NCBI RefSeq assembly: GCF_050485565.1 | Contig: NZ_JBJHBQ010000009.1 | Span: 60,880-124,879, forward strand | Length of the DNA: 64,000 nt | Reading direction: 5' to 3' | Source of the DNA: Glycocaulis sp. | GTDB taxonomy: Bacteria; Pseudomonadota; Alphaproteobacteria; Caulobacterales; Maricaulaceae | Part shown: positions 27,881 to 37,669 of the stretch, piece by piece | How the letters are laid out: each line of letters starts with the position of its first letter | Numbering within the stretch: the stretch's first letter is position 1 | Program-made: the position numbers and the translations under genes | The notes under the pieces: generated by a model | What the model saw: the letters and a program-made list of their open reading frames with translations, nothing else | Told to the model about the DNA's origin: nothing | Database searches by the model: none

Positions 27881-29020
27881 ATGAAACTTGCCGCTCTTGC
27901 TTTTGCTTCTGCTGCCGTGCTCGCTGTTTCACTGAGCGCAGGCGTTGAGGCGCAATCGCGCGATTCCATCCGCATTGTCGGTTCTTCCACCGTGTTCCCG
28001 TTCACCACGGCCACGTCGGAGAACTTTGGAGCGACCTCCGGTTTTCGCACGCCGGTGGTGGAATCGACCGGTACTGGCGGCGGAATGAATCTGTTCTGCG
28101 GCGGTGTGGGCCTGCGCCATCCCGATATTACCGGCGCGTCGCGCCGCATGCTGCCGAGCGAGTTTGAGCTGTGCCGGCGCAATGGCGTGCGCGAAATCAC
28201 CGAAATCCCGGTTGGCTATGACGGTATCGTCATCACCCGCGCGGCCGGTACGCCCTCTATCGATTTCCAGCGCCGCGATCTGTTCCTTGCGCTCGCCTTC
28301 ACCATCCCCATGCCGGTTGATGACGCTGGCGAGCCGGTGTTCAGCGCCAGCGGGCAGATGCTCGCGGGCCGCGATTTCAACGATGTTGCCGGTTATTCGT
28401 GTGAAGCCTTCATTCCCAATCCGCACCGGCGCTGGTCGGATGTCTCCAATGATCTGCCGTCTGACCGGATCGAGGTGATCGGCCCGCCCCCGACCTCCGG
28501 TACGCGCGATTCCCTGATCGAACTTGGTATCCAGCCGGGCGCGCGCCAGATCGAGTGCCTTGATGCGCTGCGCAGCAGCGACCGCAACCGGTTTGAGGAA
28601 ATCTCCAGCCGCCTGCGCGAGGACGGCCCCTGGATTGATGGCGGCGAGAACGACAATGTGATCGTCCAGACCGTGGCCAATTCCGGCACCGCCGTTGGTG
28701 TGTTCGGCTATTCCTATCTCGAACAGAATATGGACCGGCTGGTGGCCGCGACCATTGAAGGCGTCGAGCCGGAGTATGACGACATTTCCGAAGGCGTCTA
28801 TCCGATTGCCCGCTCCATGTTCGTCTATGTGAAGAACCAGCACGTTGCGGCCGTTCCGGGTATCCGCGAATGGGTTGAAGAGCTTACCAGCGAAGATGCC
28901 TTCGGCCCGTTTGGCTATCTGGCTGATCGCGGCCTTGTCGCGCTGCCGGAAGCCGCCCGCGATGAGGTGCGCGAACGCTCGCTCTCTCTCACGCCGATGA
29001 CAGGCATTGACGCGCACTAG
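27881..29020 (+). CDS. PstS-family phosphate-binding periplasmic protein (orphan, no pstCAB here)
   Basis: Signal peptide MKLAALAFASAAVLAVSLSAGVEA. IRIVGSSTVFPF and ESTGTGGG are typical of PBP-like_2/PstS proteins. Confidence 0.8.
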   Translation: MKLAALAFASAAVLAVSLSAGVEAQSRDSIRIVGSSTVFPFTTATSENFGATSGFRTPVVESTGTGGGMNLFCGGVGLRHPDITGASRRMLPSEFELCRRNGVREITEIPVGYDGIVITRAAGTPSIDFQRRDLFLALAFTIPMPVDDAGEPVFSASGQMLAGRDFNDVAGYSCEAFIPNPHRRWSDVSNDLPSDRIEVIGPPPTSGTRDSLIELGIQPGARQIECLDALRSSDRNRFEEISSRLREDGPWIDGGENDNVIVQTVANSGTAVGVFGYSYLEQNMDRLVAATIEGVEPEYDDISEGVYPIARSMFVYVKNQHVAAVPGIREWVEELTSEDAFGPFGYLADRGLVALPEAARDEVRERSLSLTPMTGIDAH

Positions 29021-29128
29021 AGTGCCGTTCGGCCGGGCGTTCGGTCTATCAACGCGGCGTTAAGCCCGTCCGGGCTATCCTGTAACGCGTAGGCGGGTCC
29101 TTTTCGGATCCGGCGAAGTGGCAGGGAC

Positions 29129-30442
29129 TTGACGCGCGGAATGATCGGACGCCCCGTTACCTATCACCGGCTCTCGCAGGACGAGGTCGATAATATCTGC
29201 CAGCGGCACGCCAATCTCCTACAGGGGCGGATGAATGGCGCGCGCGCCAGCTTCGCCTACAAGGTGATTGAGGGGCTGGACCTGTCGGGCCGCAATCTCA
29301 CCGATGCCGACTTTTCCGGCGCGGTGCTGGCCGGTGCCAATCTGGCCGGCACCAATTTCACCAGCGCCAACCTGTTTGCTGCCGATATGCGCCGGGCCAA
29401 TCTGGCCGGGGCGACCTTGCGCCGGGCGGATATGCGAGGGGCCATATTGCGCGGGGCGAACCTGACGGGGGCCGATCTCAGCCAGGCTGATCTGCGCGAG
29501 GGCGCGATAGCCCAGGTGGACCGGGAAAAGGGTCTGGCCATCATCACCCACGAACAGCGCCCCAACGAGGCTGTGGAAGCCAATTTTTCCGGCGCGAACC
29601 TCTCCAATTCCAAGATGACAGGTGCCATCGCCCAGCGCGCGGACTTTTCTGATGCGGTGCTGATTGGCGCGCGCATGCAGCGGGCAAACCTGCGCGGTTC
29701 GCGCTTTCCCGGTGCCAATCTGGAAGGGGCGGACCTGTCGGGCGCGGACCTGACCGAAGCCGACCTGACGCACACCGTGCTCATCGGCACCAAGCTCGAT
29801 TCCGCGCATACGCGCGGCATGCGCACTGACGGTGCACTGACCGATACGCCGACCGGGCCTGAGCTGGCGGCCAATGCCGACGAGACGGCCAAGGCGCTGG
29901 AGGCCCATGCGCTGTGGTGCGAAACCGGCGGGGCGCAAGGCGCGCCATCGACGTTTGACGGTGCCGATATGCGTGGGCTGAAAACGCTCTCCGGGCGCAA
30001 TCTCACAGCCTTGCAGGCTCGCGGTGCGACGCTTTACGGGCTTGATCTGGGCGGTGCCCAGCTGCAGGGCGCGCGGCTGGAGAGGGCTGATCTGCGCATG
30101 GCGTCCTTGCGCGGTGCGGATTTGCGCGGGGCCGACCTTACCGGCGCGCGCCTGAACAATGCCGATCTGCGCGGTGCGAAGATAGGCGCGCTCCTGCTGC
30201 CCAATGACCGCAAGCTGGCGGCGAGCCTTGCTGCCGCCGTGCTGCGCTATGCCGATCTTGAGGGAGCGGATCTGCGCGATATCAGCGCGACGGGCGCGGA
30301 TTTCTCCTACGCCAGCCTGAAAGACTGTGACGTGCGGCGTGGCCGTTTTACCGGCTCATGCTTTACGGGCACGGCCCTGCCGGACGGTTTCCGCGAGCAT
30401 GCCGATGACCTTGACGGTGTTGTCGATCTGGATGCCGCCTGA
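29129..30442 (+). CDS. pentapeptide repeat protein
   Basis: Long runs of A(D/N)LxG-type pentapeptides (ANLAGTNFTSANLFAADMRRANLAGATLRRADMRGAILRGANLTGADLSQADL...) in three blocks. Start is TTG 29129 or ATG 29141. Confidence 0.85.
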   Translation: MTRGMIGRPVTYHRLSQDEVDNICQRHANLLQGRMNGARASFAYKVIEGLDLSGRNLTDADFSGAVLAGANLAGTNFTSANLFAADMRRANLAGATLRRADMRGAILRGANLTGADLSQADLREGAIAQVDREKGLAIITHEQRPNEAVEANFSGANLSNSKMTGAIAQRADFSDAVLIGARMQRANLRGSRFPGANLEGADLSGADLTEADLTHTVLIGTKLDSAHTRGMRTDGALTDTPTGPELAANADETAKALEAHALWCETGGAQGAPSTFDGADMRGLKTLSGRNLTALQARGATLYGLDLGGAQLQGARLERADLRMASLRGADLRGADLTGARLNNADLRGAKIGALLLPNDRKLAASLAAAVLRYADLEGADLRDISATGADFSYASLKDCDVRRGRFTGSCFTGTALPDGFREHADDLDGVVDLDAA

Positions 30443-30508
30443 CACGGTGAAGCCCCGGACGCTGCGCAGCAGCTAGCCGGGGTCTCTCTCCGCTTCTCTT
30501 GCACGAGG

Positions 30509-30536
30509 TCCCGGATAGCCCTTCGGGCTTCCGGGA
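30509..30536. terminator. GC-rich hairpin between convergent pentapeptide gene and secA (no clear U-tract)
   Basis: TCCCGGA-t-AGCCC-ttc-GGGCT-TCCGGGA, a 12-bp interrupted stem ending 2 nt from the secA stop. Confidence 0.4.
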
Positions 30537-30538
30537 GT

Positions 30539-33298
30539 TCAGGGCGCGGGGGATTCAGCCCCGATAGCCCCGTGGCAATGCTTGTACTTCTTGCCTGATC
30601 CGCACGGACAGGGGGCGTTGCGTTGCACGCGACCCCAGGTGGACGGGTCGTTCGGGTCCAAGGTCGCGGCAGCAGCGCGGCTGACCGCCGGGCCACGCGC
30701 CGGTGTCCGGGGCGCACCATCGCCCGAGACAGGCTCGCCGGTCGTCGGATCGACGCGGCTGGCCTGCATGTTTTGCGGTGCGCGCGGCATTTCCGGAGGC
30801 GGCGCGGCAGGCTCGACCCGGATGGAGGACAGGATGCGCGTGGTTTCAAAGCGCAGATTGTCCAGCAGGCTTTCAAACAGCGCGAACGCCTCGCTCTTGT
30901 ACTCGTTCAGCGGATCGCGCTGGGCATAGCCGCGCAGACCAATCACCGAACGCAGCGCGTCAAGCTGGTGCAGATGCTCGCGCCAGTTATGGTCGATAGT
31001 CTGCAGCAGCATCTGCTTTTCGATCCGGCGTATCAGCTCCGGCCCCGTATTGGCGGCCTTCTCGGCGTACGCCTCATCAGCCGCTTTCAGGATGCGCTCA
31101 AGGATTTCCTCGTTGGCGATGCCGTCTTCTGCTGCCCATTCCTTGATCGGAAGCTGGACGTTGAAGTGCTTCTCGACCTCTTCCTGCAGGCCGTCAGTAT
31201 CCCACTGGTCGGCATAGGCGCGCGGCGGCATGTGACGCTCGACGAGGTCTTCGGCGCATTGATGGCGCATGTCCTTTACGACGTCGGACACATTCTCCGA
31301 TTCCATGAACTCGATGCGCTGCTCGAAGATCGCCTTGCGCTGATCGTTCATCACGTCGTCGTATTTGAGAATGTTCTTGCGGATGTCGAAATTGCGCTGC
31401 TCGACTTTCTTCTGCGAGGTTTCGACCGCTTTGGACATCCAGGGGTGCTGGATGGCTTCGCCTTCCTTCATGCCCATGGTGCGCATGATGGTGTCGAGGC
31501 GCTCCGGCGCGAAAATGCGCAGCAGGTCGTCTTCCACCGAAATGAAGAATTTCGAGCGGCCCGGATCACCCTGACGGCCCGTCCGACCGCGCAGCTGGTT
31601 ATCGATCCGGCGCGATTCATGGCGCTCGGTGCCGATCACGTAGAGACCGCCTGCTTCCAGCGCGGCTTTCTTGCGTTCGGCGACTTCGGCCTCGATGGCT
31701 TTGCGCTTTTCGGAAACGGCCGTGTCGTCCGGCTCGCGACCGGCTTTTCGCTCTTCGCTCAGCCAGTCATTGACCAGAAAGTCGACATTGCCGCCGAGCT
31801 GGATGTCGGTGCCGCGCCCGGCCATGTTGGTGGCGATGGTTACGGCACCGGGAACGCCGGCCTGCGCGATGATGGAGGCTTCCTGCTCGTGATAGCGCGC
31901 ATTGAGGACCTGGTGCTTGATCTTGCGCTTCTTCAGAAGCTCGGAGAGCACTTCGGATTTCTCGATGGACACAGTGCCGACGAGGATGGGCTGGCCGCGC
32001 CCGTGCGCTTCCTCGATGCTGGTAATGATCGCGTCGTATTTTTCCTTGGCGGTGCGGTAGAGCTCGTCTTCCTCGTCAATACGCTGGACGGGGCGATTGG
32101 TCGGGATTTCCGAGACGCCAAGGCTGTAAATGCCGGCAAATTCCTCAGCTTCGGTCGAGGCCGTGCCGGTCATGCCTGACAGCTTCTTGTAGAGGCGGAA
32201 ATAGTTCTGGAAGGTGATGGAGGCCAGCGTCTGGTTCTCAGGCTGGATCTCGACATTTTCCTTCGCCTCGATGGCCTGATGCAGGCCGTCCGACAGGCGC
32301 CGTCCCGTCATCATCCGCCCGGTGAACTCGTCGATGAGCATCACCTTGTCGTCGCGGACGATATAATCCTTGTCGCGCTGGAACATCTTGTGGGCCTTGA
32401 GGGCCTGGTTCACGTGGTGAACCGTCGCGATGTTCTCGATATCGTAGAGATCACCCTCATCCAGCAGGCCGTGCTCGCGCAGAAGTTCCTCGATATGCTC
32501 GTTGCCTTCCTCGGTGAAGGTGACGGAGCGGTTCTTCTCGTCGAGCGCAAAATCCTCGTCATTCAGGAAGGGGATCAGCTTGTCGATCGTCTTGTAGAAA
32601 TCGGAGCGGTCATCTGTGCGCCCGGAAATGATGAGCGGGGTGCGCGCCTCGTCGATCAGGATGGAGTCCACCTCGTCGACAATGGCGTAGGCATGGCCGC
32701 GCTGCACCATCTCGCGCAGCGAATACTTCATGTTATCGCGCAGATAGTCGAAGCCAAGCTCGTTATTCGTGCCGTAGGTGATGTCACAGGCATAGGCGCG
32801 GCGGCGCTCTTCATCGAGCATCTGGTTGAGAATGACGCCGGTCTTCATGCCGAGGCGTTCAAACACCCTGCCCATCCACTCGGAGTCGCGCTGGGCCAGG
32901 TAATCGTTGACCGTGACCACATGCACGCCTTTACCCGGCAGCGCATTGAGATAGGCGGCGAGCGTGGAGACAAGCGTCTTGCCTTCGCCGGTCTTCATCT
33001 CGGCAATGCCGCCCTCGTGCAGTACCATCCCGCCGAGCAGCTGCACATCGTAATGGCGCTGGCCGAGGGAGCGTTTGGCGGCTTCGCGAACGGCGGCAAA
33101 CGCTTCTATCAGCAGGCTGTCGAGCGTCTCGCCCTTTTCCAGCCTTGCCCTGAATTCGCCGGTTTTGGCCTGCAGGGCTGCGTCATCGAGCAGCTCGAAT
33201 TCCGGCTCCAGCGCATTGATCTGATGCACCTTGGGCATCATGCGCTTTACGGTACGGTCGTTTGAGGAGCCAAAGAGTTTGCGGGTAAAAGAAAGCAT
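30539..33298 (-). CDS. secA: preprotein translocase ATPase SecA
   Basis: 919 aa. [20 protein letters not shown] start, DEAD-like motor motifs ([29 protein letters not shown]) and a C-terminal zinc finger [14 protein letters not shown]. Confidence 0.97.
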   Translation of the reverse strand: MLSFTRKLFGSSNDRTVKRMMPKVHQINALEPEFELLDDAALQAKTGEFRARLEKGETLDSLLIEAFAAVREAAKRSLGQRHYDVQLLGGMVLHEGGIAEMKTGEGKTLVSTLAAYLNALPGKGVHVVTVNDYLAQRDSEWMGRVFERLGMKTGVILNQMLDEERRRAYACDITYGTNNELGFDYLRDNMKYSLREMVQRGHAYAIVDEVDSILIDEARTPLIISGRTDDRSDFYKTIDKLIPFLNDEDFALDEKNRSVTFTEEGNEHIEELLREHGLLDEGDLYDIENIATVHHVNQALKAHKMFQRDKDYIVRDDKVMLIDEFTGRMMTGRRLSDGLHQAIEAKENVEIQPENQTLASITFQNYFRLYKKLSGMTGTASTEAEEFAGIYSLGVSEIPTNRPVQRIDEEDELYRTAKEKYDAIITSIEEAHGRGQPILVGTVSIEKSEVLSELLKKRKIKHQVLNARYHEQEASIIAQAGVPGAVTIATNMAGRGTDIQLGGNVDFLVNDWLSEERKAGREPDDTAVSEKRKAIEAEVAERKKAALEAGGLYVIGTERHESRRIDNQLRGRTGRQGDPGRSKFFISVEDDLLRIFAPERLDTIMRTMGMKEGEAIQHPWMSKAVETSQKKVEQRNFDIRKNILKYDDVMNDQRKAIFEQRIEFMESENVSDVVKDMRHQCAEDLVERHMPPRAYADQWDTDGLQEEVEKHFNVQLPIKEWAAEDGIANEEILERILKAADEAYAEKAANTGPELIRRIEKQMLLQTIDHNWREHLHQLDALRSVIGLRGYAQRDPLNEYKSEAFALFESLLDNLRFETTRILSSIRVEPAAPPPEMPRAPQNMQASRVDPTTGEPVSGDGAPRTPARGPAVSRAAAATLDPNDPSTWGRVQRNAPCPCGSGKKYKHCHGAIGAESPAP

Positions 33299-33444
33299 GT
33301 TTTATCAGCCGTCGCGGGGCGAAATGGGTGATCAGACGCACCGGGCCAGTGTACAAGGCAGTCCCCGTACGCGGCCCTGGCGCCTGTGCGGCGCTGGCCC
33401 TGAAGCAGCGCGCTCTAGATCAGGGACTTAAGGAGGCAGGCATA

Positions 33445-34488
33445 GTGTGTCAATCGAACCGGACCGCCAGACGCTGCAGTGCAGCTCTCGCAATCTTCGT
33501 CTCTGCTGCTGTGCTCGCCGCGTGCGGCGCTGAACCTGACCGTCAGGCAGAACCTGTTGAACCCGCCGTGCGGGCCGAGGGGCGGGTAGATGTGCTGGCG
33601 CGCTTCCTCGCGCTGGAGCCTGCCGGGCCGGACGATTCCGTGGTCGCAGAGGTGGGGACTACCGTCATCTATGCCTCTGATGTGCGCCGCGAAATTGCTG
33701 CGCGCAGCCTGCATGACAGCCCGGCCAGCGTCGCGCCGTCAGACCCCATTTTCCAGCAGGTTTTGTCAGAGCTGACCGAGCAGCGCCTGCTGGCCCTGGA
33801 AGCGCTGCGGCGTGGCATGGACCGCGATATCGAGGCGCGCCGCCGTCTGGCCGCTGCCGAGGAACGCATTCTGGGCAATATCCTGGTCGAGACCGTGGTG
33901 GCCAACTCCATCACTGACGAGGCCATTGAGCGGATTTACCAGGAGCAGAACCGCCTTGCCCCGCGTGTGGAGGAAGTGCGCGCCAGCCACATCCTCGTCA
34001 CGACGCGAGAGGAGGCAGAGGAAGTTGCCCGCCTGCTGGCCGAGGGTGAGGACTTCGCCCAGCTGGCCCGGCAGGTCAGCCAGGATCCCGGCACACGCCT
34101 TGATGGCGGGGATCTGGGCTATTTCACGCGCGACGGCATGGTGCAGGCTTTCTCCCGGCAGGCATTTGACACCGAAGTGGGCGTGATCTCCGAGCCCTTC
34201 CAGACCGATTATGGCTGGCATGTTCTGCGCGTCGCCGACCGGCGGGTACAGCCGCGCCCGGGGCTGGAATCCCTGCGCGGCAATATCGTGCGCTTCCTGA
34301 CGCTGGAGGGGATACAGACGTTGCTGGACACTGTGCGCCAGACATATCCGGTCACCCGCAGTGGCGTGCCTGCCCCCTCCCAGATACGCGCGCCCGGCCC
34401 TGTTCAGCCCGGTGACCCTGAAGAATCCGGCGATGACGAACCCGATGATGCCGACCTGGATGACGCCGGCGAGGCATCTGAGCGTTAG
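33445..34488 (+). CDS. parvulin-type peptidyl-prolyl isomerase lipoprotein (SurA/PpiC-like)
   Basis: GTG start 7 nt after AGGAGG; lipobox VLAACG. Rotamase domain SHILV...DGGDLGYFTRDGMVQAF...GWHVLRV, with an acidic C-terminal tail. Confidence 0.82.
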   Translation: MCQSNRTARRCSAALAIFVSAAVLAACGAEPDRQAEPVEPAVRAEGRVDVLARFLALEPAGPDDSVVAEVGTTVIYASDVRREIAARSLHDSPASVAPSDPIFQQVLSELTEQRLLALEALRRGMDRDIEARRRLAAAEERILGNILVETVVANSITDEAIERIYQEQNRLAPRVEEVRASHILVTTREEAEEVARLLAEGEDFAQLARQVSQDPGTRLDGGDLGYFTRDGMVQAFSRQAFDTEVGVISEPFQTDYGWHVLRVADRRVQPRPGLESLRGNIVRFLTLEGIQTLLDTVRQTYPVTRSGVPAPSQIRAPGPVQPGDPEESGDDEPDDADLDDAGEASER

Positions 34489-34536
34489 GTTCGCGCTAAC
34501 CGTGTCCACACACTCCGATTTAACGAAGGATGAGGC

Positions 34537-34956
34537 ATGATGCCGGCTGAGAAAGCCCACCTCTTGCTGGTGGCGGCGTGCGCTCTCATTGACCCCGATG
34601 GCCGGGTGCTGATCGCGCAGCGCCCGCCAGGCAAGGCGTTTGCCGGGCAATGGGAGTTTCCCGGCGGCAAGGTGGAACCGGGTGAGTACCCCGAAGCGGC
34701 CGTCGTACGCGAGCTGCGCGAGGAACTGGGAGTGGAGCCATGCGAGCGTTGCCTGCAGCCCTTCGCCTTTGCATCCCATCCGCTGGAGGACGGGCGCCAT
34801 CTGCTGATGCCGCTTTATGTGTGCCGGAAATGGGACGGGTTCCCGGACCCGAAAGAGGGCCAGGACATCGCGTGGGTGAAACCGCACGATTTGAGCAGGT
34901 ATGCGCTTCTGCCCGCCGACATTCCCTTGGCCGCAGAGCTGCGCGACCGGCTCTGA
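34537..34956 (+). CDS. mutT: 8-oxo-dGTP diphosphatase (Nudix)
   Basis: Nudix box GGKVEPGEYPEAAVVRELREELGV. Confidence 0.88.
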   Translation: MMPAEKAHLLLVAACALIDPDGRVLIAQRPPGKAFAGQWEFPGGKVEPGEYPEAAVVRELREELGVEPCERCLQPFAFASHPLEDGRHLLMPLYVCRKWDGFPDPKEGQDIAWVKPHDLSRYALLPADIPLAAELRDRL

Positions 34957-35120
34957 TAGCCGATACAGGCGGCGCTACCGCCATCGAGTACGCCGTGATG
35001 GCGGGCCTGATCGCGCTCGTGCTTATTAGCGCGCTGACGCTTCTGAGCGGCGGCAATGGCGGCATGTGGGCCAATGTCGAGGCCGAGGTTACCAGCGCAC
35101 TATCGGGCGAGGGGAGCTAA
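34953..35120 (+). CDS. Flp/Fap-type pilin-like small protein (start codon unresolved)
   Basis: The frame contains ...LIADTGG|ATAIEYAVMAGLIALVLISALTLL..., the Flp prepilin G/ATAIEY processing motif plus a hydrophobic helix. In-frame starts before the motif are CTG 34953 (overlapping the mutT stop), GTG 34872 and ATG 34830. None gives a canonical short leader. Confidence 0.5.
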   Translation: MIADTGGATAIEYAVMAGLIALVLISALTLLSGGNGGMWANVEAEVTSALSGEGS

Positions 35121-35146
35121 CGGCCCGCTTCCACCTTCCGTAATGC

Positions 35147-35953
35147 TCAGACGTGCGGCAGCCACATGATCATGGCGGCGGCAAACCCTCCGAACGCTGT
35201 CAGCCCGGCCAGACCGGTGATGAGAGCCGCCATGACGAGCTTTGTTCCCGCTTTTTGGCCATCACCAGCGCGCAGATAGAACTCGTACACGGCCAGCGGC
35301 AGGAGGAATGAGGCAAAGCCGAAGAATACGCCTGCCGGGCCATCCAGCCGGTCGCCCAGCCAGAGCGGTGACTGATGGAGCATGATCCAGCCGGAGATCA
35401 TGATGCGCAGGAACCAGACCCCGCTGACCGCCAGAAAGAGCCGTGTGGCCCAGCGCCGGTGAGTATCGATCCGGCGGGCCATGGCGTGGCGCACGGTGAA
35501 GGCAGCGAAAATCAGGATCAGCACGCCGTTGAGCGAGATCGAGACGTCGTTGGAAAGCCCGCTGGCCGCCGGGCGCGTCCAGGTCAGGAACAGGCCGGCC
35601 AGCGAGATGACAACCGCCAGCGTGAGGTAAAAGCGTCCATTCCAGCGGTGAAAGGCCGGAAACCGGTTGCGTATCTGGGGGGTGAGCTGGGCCAGTCCGC
35701 CAATCGTAATCAGGCAGGCCAGCAGCACATGGGCCATCATGGCTGCATTGCCTGCAGGATCGCCCTCGATATGCCCGTTGCGCATGATGAGGTTCCACAC
35801 CGCGCTATCGCCGCGTAACGTGCCGGTGCCGTAAAGCGCGGCGATGTAGAACGCGAAGAGAAGCTGGAAGGCGGCGGCAATGATGAACCAGAGTGCGGCC
35901 GAAGCTTGCAGCAGGCGTGCGGGCAGGCCGCCGGGCGGAGTTTGACGAGTCAT
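35147..35953 (-). CDS. integral membrane protein (DUF2306-like)
   Basis: About 6-7 TM segments. The family call rests only on general resemblance (FHRWNGRFYL..., HRRWATRLF...), so it is tentative. Confidence 0.55.
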   Translation of the reverse strand: MTRQTPPGGLPARLLQASAALWFIIAAAFQLLFAFYIAALYGTGTLRGDSAVWNLIMRNGHIEGDPAGNAAMMAHVLLACLITIGGLAQLTPQIRNRFPAFHRWNGRFYLTLAVVISLAGLFLTWTRPAASGLSNDVSISLNGVLILIFAAFTVRHAMARRIDTHRRWATRLFLAVSGVWFLRIMISGWIMLHQSPLWLGDRLDGPAGVFFGFASFLLPLAVYEFYLRAGDGQKAGTKLVMAALITGLAGLTAFGGFAAAMIMWLPHV

Positions 35954-36061
35954 GGGTTTGTTATCCTTGAGTTATCGACCTGCCGCGAGCTTATCGCTGC
36001 GCGGATGGTGCTCCATGACCGGACGTATCGCGGGCATGATCTGCGGACCCAGCACGGGTGA

Positions 36062-37075
36062 TTGCCGTTGAGCGGGCCGACGGTCGCAGCCGGGTATGCC
36101 GCTACGCTGGTGGATTTTGCCCAGCGCAGCGGTGCCAGCCGCCACGCGTTGTTGCAGGCTGCGGGCATCGCCCCTGACAGCCTAGCCGACCACGATGCCC
36201 GCATTCCATTCGAGCGCTATGTGGCCCTCATGCGCGCGGCCAAGGCGATGACGGGCGATCCGGCTCTTGCGCTGCGCTATGGCGCGGCAGTGGATCTGTC
36301 GGACATCTCGATACTGGGCCTGATCTGCCTGGCGTCGGAAACCATGCTGGACGCGTTCGCCCAGATGAACCGCTATGGCCAGCTGGTGGTGGAGGCGGCC
36401 AATGCCGATGGCGGTGAGCGCTTCTCCCTGCAACGCAAGGGCGGTGCCTTGTGGCTGGTGGATAACCGGGTGATCCCGCCGGACTTTCCCGAACTGGTGG
36501 AAACCAGCTTTGCCCTGATGGTCAGCGGCACGCGCCGTTTTGGCGATACGCCCTTCGTGCATGAAGTACAGCTCAGCTATCCCGACCCGGGTTATGGCGA
36601 CGTGTATCAGGAGATTTTCCGCGCACCGGTACGGTTTGGAGCGAGCTGGAACGCGATGCGGATCGACGAGGCGTGGCTCTCCCACACCATTGCCGAGCAG
36701 CCGCGCTATGTGTTTGGCGTGCTGGCCGCCCATGCTGACCGGATGCTGGAGCGGATCGGGCAGGGGCAGAGCCTGCGCGCGCGGGTGGAAGCTGCCGCAC
36801 TGCCTGCCCTGCACACCGGCACGGTGTCCGCCGAGGCGGTGGCTGGCCAGCTCGGCATCAGCCGCCAGACGCTCTATCGCCGCCTGAAGGGCGAGGGGAC
36901 CAGCTTTGAGCAGATACTTGACGCCTTGCGCCACCAGCTCGCCCTGCATTACTTAGCCGGATGCAAGGTGTCGGTGAAGGAGACGGCCTATCTATTGGGC
37001 TTTTCCGATCCGGCGGCGTTTTCACGTGCGTTCAAGCGCTGGACGGGCGAGCCGCCCAGCATGATGAAGGGTTAG
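36062..37075 (+). CDS. AraC family transcriptional regulator (OruR/ArgR-like ligand domain)
   Basis: C-terminal double HTH: VAGQLGISRQTLYRRLKGEGTSFEQIL...ETAYLLGFSDPAAFSRAFKRWTG. TTG start. Confidence 0.88.
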   Translation: MPLSGPTVAAGYAATLVDFAQRSGASRHALLQAAGIAPDSLADHDARIPFERYVALMRAAKAMTGDPALALRYGAAVDLSDISILGLICLASETMLDAFAQMNRYGQLVVEAANADGGERFSLQRKGGALWLVDNRVIPPDFPELVETSFALMVSGTRRFGDTPFVHEVQLSYPDPGYGDVYQEIFRAPVRFGASWNAMRIDEAWLSHTIAEQPRYVFGVLAAHADRMLERIGQGQSLRARVEAAALPALHTGTVSAEAVAGQLGISRQTLYRRLKGEGTSFEQILDALRHQLALHYLAGCKVSVKETAYLLGFSDPAAFSRAFKRWTGEPPSMMKG

Positions 37076-37078
37076 GGC

Positions 37079-37663
37079 ATGCGGTTTGGCCGTGGTGGGC
37101 TGGTTATTGCGCTGGCCGGTGCGTTGCTGCTGATTGCCGTGATGATACCGGCGGCGGCCTGGCTCTTTTTCAAGCCCATCCGGATCATCGCCCCTGAGCT
37201 GAATGGCGTTACCTGCGCCGGGCCGGTCTGTGTGGACGATATCGCGGCCCTGCCCATGGCAGAGCAGCTCTATGCCGAAGGGATGGCGAACGTTGCCGCC
37301 AAGCTTACCGCGCTGAACCGTCCGCCGCGCGCCGTCTTCTGCTCGACGCGCGCATGCTATCGCGCGTTCGGGGGCAGGGGCGCCGGTGTTGCGGTGTTTG
37401 ATCTGGGCATCGTGATCGCGCCCCATGCCTGGCAGACATATATCGTGGAACATGAGCTGATACACATGGTGCAGGCGCAGGAGCTTGGCCTGCTGGGGCG
37501 CGAGCGCACGCCTATCTGGTTCAAGGAAGGCATGGCCTTTCATGTCAGCGATCCGCCGCCGGGCGGCCTGCCGGATTATGCGCAAGGCTGGGCCGGGCAG
37601 TACCGCGAATGGGAGGCCCGCGTCGGCCGGGAGAATGTATGGGAGGCCATACGCGCGGAGTGA
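37079..37663 (+). CDS. membrane-anchored gluzincin-like protein (HExxH ... EGxA)
   Basis: N-terminal TM (LVIALAGALLLIAVMIPAAAWLFF), HELIH at VEHELIHMV and, downstream, WFKEGMAFH resembling the third-ligand Glu block of Peptidase_MA-type enzymes. Starts 4 nt after the araC-family stop. Confidence 0.5.
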   Translation: MRFGRGGLVIALAGALLLIAVMIPAAAWLFFKPIRIIAPELNGVTCAGPVCVDDIAALPMAEQLYAEGMANVAAKLTALNRPPRAVFCSTRACYRAFGGRGAGVAVFDLGIVIAPHAWQTYIVEHELIHMVQAQELGLLGRERTPIWFKEGMAFHVSDPPPGGLPDYAQGWAGQYREWEARVGRENVWEAIRAE

Positions 37664-37669
37664 GGCGGG

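Noticed and set aside
27929-29017. 362-aa minus-strand ORF
   Set aside because: It mirrors the PstS-like gene. The plus-strand frame has a signal peptide and PstS motifs, and the minus frame has none.
29219-30006. Two long minus-strand ORFs inside the pentapeptide gene
   Set aside because: They are generated by the 15-nt periodic repeat of the sense gene. Their translations are repetitive Arg/Pro/Gly strings with no start context.
30623-33265. Two long plus-strand ORFs (30623..32179 and 32279..33265)
   Set aside because: Both are antisense to secA.
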